The position numbers and the translations under genes were made by a program. Positions 6,181-10,471 of a stretch of 10,471 nt of DNA are shown here, in pieces. The DNA comes from Promethearchaeota archaeon. Lineage in GTDB: Archaea > Asgardarchaeota > Lokiarchaeia > Sigyniarchaeales > SOKP01. The stretch is from positions 1 through 10,471 of the forward strand of contig JABCSY010000126.1 in assembly GCA_018238625.1 (NCBI GenBank), read 5' to 3'. The notes under the pieces were generated by a model, which saw only the letters and a program-made list of their open reading frames with translations, was not told where the DNA came from and ran no database searches. Positions within the stretch are counted from its first letter, which is position 1, and each line of letters begins with the position of its first letter.

Positions 6181-9135
6181 TTATTTTATATCTAATTTCT
6201 CTTTTATGCGTTTAATCAGATCTTCGCCGCTTAGATCTTTATTTTCGATAAATCCTTGACCATAATCTTTCTTGCCACCGCCCTTACCACCGTAATTAGA
6301 AACGATTTCTTGAACGAATTTTCCCATCTCGAAATCCATCTCTTCTAAAAGGCTTTTTCCTATCATTCCCATTAGATTAATTCCTTTTTCGGTCTTATTA
6401 ATGAAAAGTGTAACTAATTTCTCGGATTTCTGTAGAATTTTCACGCTTAAATTTTTAAGATCGGTTTGGGAAAGATTTTCAAAGGATTTAATAATCATTT
6501 TAGAATTATCAAATGAGAACGCTGAATTTATAAGTTCTTCCACGTAACTTTCTTTTAATAAGTTTTCTATAGCCTGCAGTTTGGTTTTAGCTTCTTTCCA
6601 TTCGTTAAATAACTTATTTACTTTTAGCGGAATATCTTCTTTTTTTGTGTTAAGGATTTGAGCTAATTCCGTCAAGATGTCCCCTTCAAAGGTGTTGTTT
6701 GATTCTAAAGACATATCAATTTTATTAACCTTCCCCGTTTGTAAGGCTTTATTGATGTTTTTCCATTTGTTTAATAATTCAGCTACTCTTCCAACGATCT
6801 TAGCCCGTGAAATTTTAAATAGCGATTCTAATTGGTTTAAAATTAGAGTCTCTTCTTGCTCAAGTTCTTTTGTCGCATTTCCTGCTGTAAAGGTCAATCT
6901 CACTACGCCATCTTGAATTTTTTGGGATTTAGTTATTTTAATTCTTCCAGTTTCTGATGTATTATTTAAATGCGTTCCACCACAAGCTTCCACATCTACT
7001 CCTGGAACCTCTACGAGCCTAATATTTTTACCGGGTACTGCGCCCCCTTGATAGATCGTCATTCCATATTTTTTTTCCGCATCTGAGCGAGGAATAAAAG
7101 AAAGTTTAAGAGCGATTGCCCGGTTTACTATTTCGTTTGCTTCTTTTTCTATTTCCTTTAATTTGTCGTAGGGAACTTTAGCAAAGTGAGTTATGTCTAA
7201 ATGAGATCTTTTAAGCGTTTTTTTCGCCCCTGCTTGGTTAATATGTTCGCCTAATATATGACGGGCCGCAGCATTAACGATATGAGTTGCCGTATGGTGT
7301 TGCGAGAGTTGAGTCCTCCATTCTTTATCTACTTCGATCTTAACGGTATCTCCTTCTTTAAAACTAGGTTTCTCAGATAAAACATGAACTATGTAGCTAT
7401 TTTGCTTAAACACATTGTCAAATTTTTGACCGTTAATGGTTCCAACATCATGTAACTGACCTCCTGAAGTAGGATAAGCAACAGATCGATCAAGAATTAC
7501 CATGTTATCAATAATTTTTAGGACTTTTGCGTTGTTTGAAGTATTAGTATAATCGTTATAGTAAAGAGACTCGGTCTCGGGAACACCGTTTAAATCTAAC
7601 TCAATTGCTTTTTCTGTTGCGTGAATTTGCTCTACTTTTTCGTGTCTTTCTACTACTAAACTATAAAAATTATCGGGGATTTTTATAGTTCTACCAAACT
7701 TTATCGCGGTTTCTTTTACCATTTCAGGGTTAATGCCTCTGGAATCGTAAATTTCAATTAAAGTCGCGGTTGAGATATCTCCTTCAGAAAGTAATTTCTC
7801 TAAAATTTTGCTGGCTTTTCTTTTTGTTTTATAATACTTGTCTTTTTCTACATTTAAAATTTCTCTAATTTCATCCAAATGCTCAGAAACTTCCGGAAAC
7901 AACTCTTTTAATTCTTCCGCGTGCCATTTACAAACATCAGCGATATTTATGTCCCAATTAAATTTATCGATAAAGCCTATAGCCCTTCTAAAAATTACTC
8001 TAAGATTATACCCTCCTCCTACGTTAGAAGGGAGTTTTCCGTCGTTTATAGCAAATAATAAGCTTCTCGCGTGATCGGCAATCGAATAGATGGCAGTCAT
8101 GGGCATGATCTTTTCTCTCAATTCCTTTACTGAGGTTTTCAAATCCTTGGCAACTCTCTCCCATGCCGCATCCATATCGTCTACTTCGTCGATATTTAAG
8201 TATGCGGAGTATTTTGAAAATTTATCGTATAAATCAAAATCCAAATTAATTTCAGTTAGTTCCCTTAATTTTAATAAAACTTGTGGAAATATGGCTTCAT
8301 ACATATTTGGAGTCCCTTGTGAAAACCACGCCACGCGTTCTTGACCTAGGCCCATATCTAAAACTTTTAGGCTTAATTCTCGAGGTCCATTTAGGGTCTG
8401 TTCGAACATGGTATAGACTTGATTGAATAATTCTACGCCCCTACTAAAAAACTCAAGGCTACAACCAAAAGAACCTCCACCAGCCCAAGAATCTTCGTGA
8501 ATCGTTAATTCTTCTTTTGAGAGGCCCACACCTGTGGTAATAAAATCGTGTATATCCATAAAAAGCTGTCCTTGATTCCATTCTTGAGGTGTGCCGAAAA
8601 AGTGCTGCCCTATCATTATAAACCCCGTGTTATGCGAGCCTGTGATTCCTACATTCTCAATATCGTTAAATCGTAAACAAAATTGAGGTATAATTAGTTT
8701 CTTCGCCGGAGGTTCAACTTCACCTGAGATTACGTAAGGTTGGAACGCTGAGATTGATGCTATTGTAAACTCTGAGGTAGGATTCCATCTCGCAACGCAA
8801 GGGTATCGCTTAATTGGTTTGTATCCTCTTGGTTCTAAAATTTCTACAATTTTATTCCATACCCCAATATAAGATAATTTATGCGTTAGTGGCTTACCAG
8901 CAACTTGAAACCCGCCAGAACAAGCAGGGTCGCCGCATACCTTTTGGTCCTTAATGGTTGTCCAGAAAAAAGCGCCACAACATTCGCAATGCTTTCTATT
9001 GTAACCTAAGTTCCTAAGTTCTTGGGTTGGAAAAAATTCATCGGGTTTCTTAGATGCGATCGTTTTAAATATCTTCTTTAGTTCTTTATCAGTACGAGCG
9101 CTTTTTAGCTGTTTCTTCTCTTTATCGGATAACAA
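6181..9135 (-). CDS. alaS: Alanine--tRNA ligase, archaeal type (984 aa)
   Basis: N-terminal CxxCG..FWT...CGD Zn ribbon; ASI.AFQP, LRFNDIENVG, IADHAR and PSNVGGGYNLR motifs; editing motifs HHTATH and CGGTH; C-Ala GGKGGGK. TTG start. Confidence 0.98.
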   Translation of the reverse strand: MLSDKEKKQLKSARTDKELKKIFKTIASKKPDEFFPTQELRNLGYNRKHCECCGAFFWTTIKDQKVCGDPACSGGFQVAGKPLTHKLSYIGVWNKIVEILEPRGYKPIKRYPCVARWNPTSEFTIASISAFQPYVISGEVEPPAKKLIIPQFCLRFNDIENVGITGSHNTGFIMIGQHFFGTPQEWNQGQLFMDIHDFITTGVGLSKEELTIHEDSWAGGGSFGCSLEFFSRGVELFNQVYTMFEQTLNGPRELSLKVLDMGLGQERVAWFSQGTPNMYEAIFPQVLLKLRELTEINLDFDLYDKFSKYSAYLNIDEVDDMDAAWERVAKDLKTSVKELREKIMPMTAIYSIADHARSLLFAINDGKLPSNVGGGYNLRVIFRRAIGFIDKFNWDINIADVCKWHAEELKELFPEVSEHLDEIREILNVEKDKYYKTKRKASKILEKLLSEGDISTATLIEIYDSRGINPEMVKETAIKFGRTIKIPDNFYSLVVERHEKVEQIHATEKAIELDLNGVPETESLYYNDYTNTSNNAKVLKIIDNMVILDRSVAYPTSGGQLHDVGTINGQKFDNVFKQNSYIVHVLSEKPSFKEGDTVKIEVDKEWRTQLSQHHTATHIVNAAARHILGEHINQAGAKKTLKRSHLDITHFAKVPYDKLKEIEKEANEIVNRAIALKLSFIPRSDAEKKYGMTIYQGGAVPGKNIRLVEVPGVDVEACGGTHLNNTSETGRIKITKSQKIQDGVVRLTFTAGNATKELEQEETLILNQLESLFKISRAKIVGRVAELLNKWKNINKALQTGKVNKIDMSLESNNTFEGDILTELAQILNTKKEDIPLKVNKLFNEWKEAKTKLQAIENLLKESYVEELINSAFSFDNSKMIIKSFENLSQTDLKNLSVKILQKSEKLVTLFINKTEKGINLMGMIGKSLLEEMDFEMGKFVQEIVSNYGGKGGGKKDYGQGFIENKDLSGEDLIKRIKEKLDIK

Positions 9136-9432
9136 TTTTAATCAAAGGTTGGTTGTTGATGAAGATCTGATATTATTAAATAATACAATTAATGTTTTCC
9201 TAAAATCTTTTGCTCTAAATAAACACCATCAAATTTGAAGAGTGTGATTTTACCATTTATGAAGCTAAAGTAAAACGATTTTGGAAATATTAATTTAGTT
9301 TATACAAAATTAGAAATTTAAAATTTAACCTTTAATTGAAGGATCAGAGGTAATAGAGTCGTATAATTTTTAAAATTAAAACTGTTTTTTTAATTATTCA
9401 TCTTTTAAAAAAATCAACCAAATTCAAATGCT

Positions 9433-9870
9433 TTAAGTTAATTTTTCACCTTGACTTTTTTTTTGTAAAAATGTGTAAATTGCATCCATTACTGTAAATG
9501 CAATACTTGCAGTTTCTTGATCATTTGGAGAAGATGGATCTATTCCTCGTAAAACAATGAAGATTCCCATTGATTCGGGAAGGTTATATATCTCAGATTC
9601 CTCTGCTTGTTCGATATCATGGATTATCGATGCAATTTGATGTACAATTTTATCCTTAATCTTATACTTATGAACGATTAATTCAAATGTGGTTTTCCCC
9701 TTTTGTGGATTTAGTTCAGCTCCAGGAAGAACCAGAGGAATTTCATTTTCTTTCCATATATAATCTCGTGAAACAAAAACAAATTCTGCTTCAGAATCAA
9801 CGAAATTTTTGATAAGCCATAGAGAGGAACAACGATCAACATGTGGTTTATTTCGTGTTACCCATATCAT
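9433..9870 (-). CDS. Chromate resistance protein ChrB C-terminal domain protein (stand-alone, ChrF-like)
   Basis: WVTRNKPHVDRCSSLWLIKNFVDSEAEFVFV matches the ChrB_C pattern W.TR..P..DR....WLI..F.D..AEF.FV; also TFE, IIHDI and PES.G. Confidence 0.85.
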   Translation of the reverse strand: MIWVTRNKPHVDRCSSLWLIKNFVDSEAEFVFVSRDYIWKENEIPLVLPGAELNPQKGKTTFELIVHKYKIKDKIVHQIASIIHDIEQAEESEIYNLPESMGIFIVLRGIDPSSPNDQETASIAFTVMDAIYTFLQKKSQGEKLT

Positions 9871-10031
9871 TTTTTTATCATCTTCAATTAGGTATTGAAA
9901 AGCATTCTTTGATGTTTTTATCGAATACTTGATGAAGTATAACTAGTAGCTTATTATTTATTTTTTTTCAAAGATTGATAGTTTAATTTTTATGCATTAA
10001 TGGAAGGATACGCATTTAAAGCTGAGAACTA

Positions 10032-10469
10032 TTAGAATTCTAAAAACTGAAGGCGCGAATAACCTTTTTTGATGAAATCATAATCAAGTAACTCGATTTT
10101 TTCTGGAATTATTTTTAAAAGTAAATTTCTATTTCCCCGGACTATTTTTTGAGCCTTTTTAAAATCATCGTCCCCTTCTCTCAAAAAAATCAATCTCTCT
10201 TTCCCGGATGCAGTAATTTGCAACCCTTGGATTTTACCGGTATCCATGGGCGTATAGATTCCAATGCTCACAATTGGGTTTTCCTCGATATTCTTTACTT
10301 TCCTTCCTGGAGCAGGTCCCACATAAATATTAAAATCGTCAGATTTCTTATCCATATAAAAATCCATTGGAGTTGCGCGAGGTACGTTATCCGAACAAGT
10401 GCATAAAACAATTATTTTTCTTTTTTCTAAAAAATCCCGTATTTCCTTTTTTAGCTCTTCTTCAGGCAT
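10032..10469 (-). CDS. Pyridoxamine 5'-phosphate oxidase-like FMN-binding split-barrel protein
   Basis: LCTCSDNVPRATPM, RKVKNIEENPIVSI and GLQITASG motifs. The ATG is at the window edge, so upstream context is not visible. Confidence 0.85.
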   Translation of the reverse strand: MPEEELKKEIRDFLEKRKIIVLCTCSDNVPRATPMDFYMDKKSDDFNIYVGPAPGRKVKNIEENPIVSIGIYTPMDTGKIQGLQITASGKERLIFLREGDDDFKKAQKIVRGNRNLLLKIIPEKIELLDYDFIKKGYSRLQFLEF

Positions 10470-10471
10470 TA

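Noticed and set aside
6677-8344. Track ORFs 6677..6916, 7838..8074 and 8090..8344 on +
   Set aside because: Antisense shadows within alaS.
9219-9293. Protein-like 24-codon stretch INTIKFEECDFTIYEAKVKRFWKY* on +
   Set aside because: No start codon or SD, and too short to support as a gene or pseudogene.
10149-10406. Track ORF of 85 aa on +
   Set aside because: Antisense to the PNPOx-like gene.
1-10471. tRNA, rRNA, CRISPR array, IS element or integrase
   Set aside because: No GC-rich structured RNA segment, regularly spaced repeats, terminal inverted repeats or recombinase motifs were seen by eye; a covariance-model search would be needed to exclude small RNAs.

Overview
AT-rich archaeal chromosomal segment, most consistent with an Asgard (Lokiarchaeia-like) archaeon. 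This is inferred from an archaeal-type AlaRS with an N-terminal Zn ribbon, an archaeal DTD2, a Rab-like small GTPase and GGTGA-type Shine-Dalgarno (SD) sites. Gene order: 3' end of a membrane protein (+), hypothetical protein (-), D-aminoacyl-tRNA deacylase dtdA (+), hypothetical protein with a likely winged helix (-), VOC/glyoxalase (+), degenerate Rab-like GTPase with a C-terminal Cys4 domain (+), NUDIX hydrolase (-), metallophosphoesterase (-), two small ORFs missing from the ORF track (-, one a CxxC..CxxC Zn finger), alaS (-), stand-alone ChrB C-terminal-domain protein (-) and a PNPOx-like FMN-binding protein (-). No tRNA, rRNA, CRISPR array or transposase was seen. The best lead is dtdA: its conserved N-terminus has no canonical start codon. 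It is either initiated at ATT or reached by a +1 shift from an overlapping Tyr-rich upstream ORF at CTT-T. Also notable are the probable pseudo-GTPase, the two-microprotein operon and an internal duplication in AlaRS.
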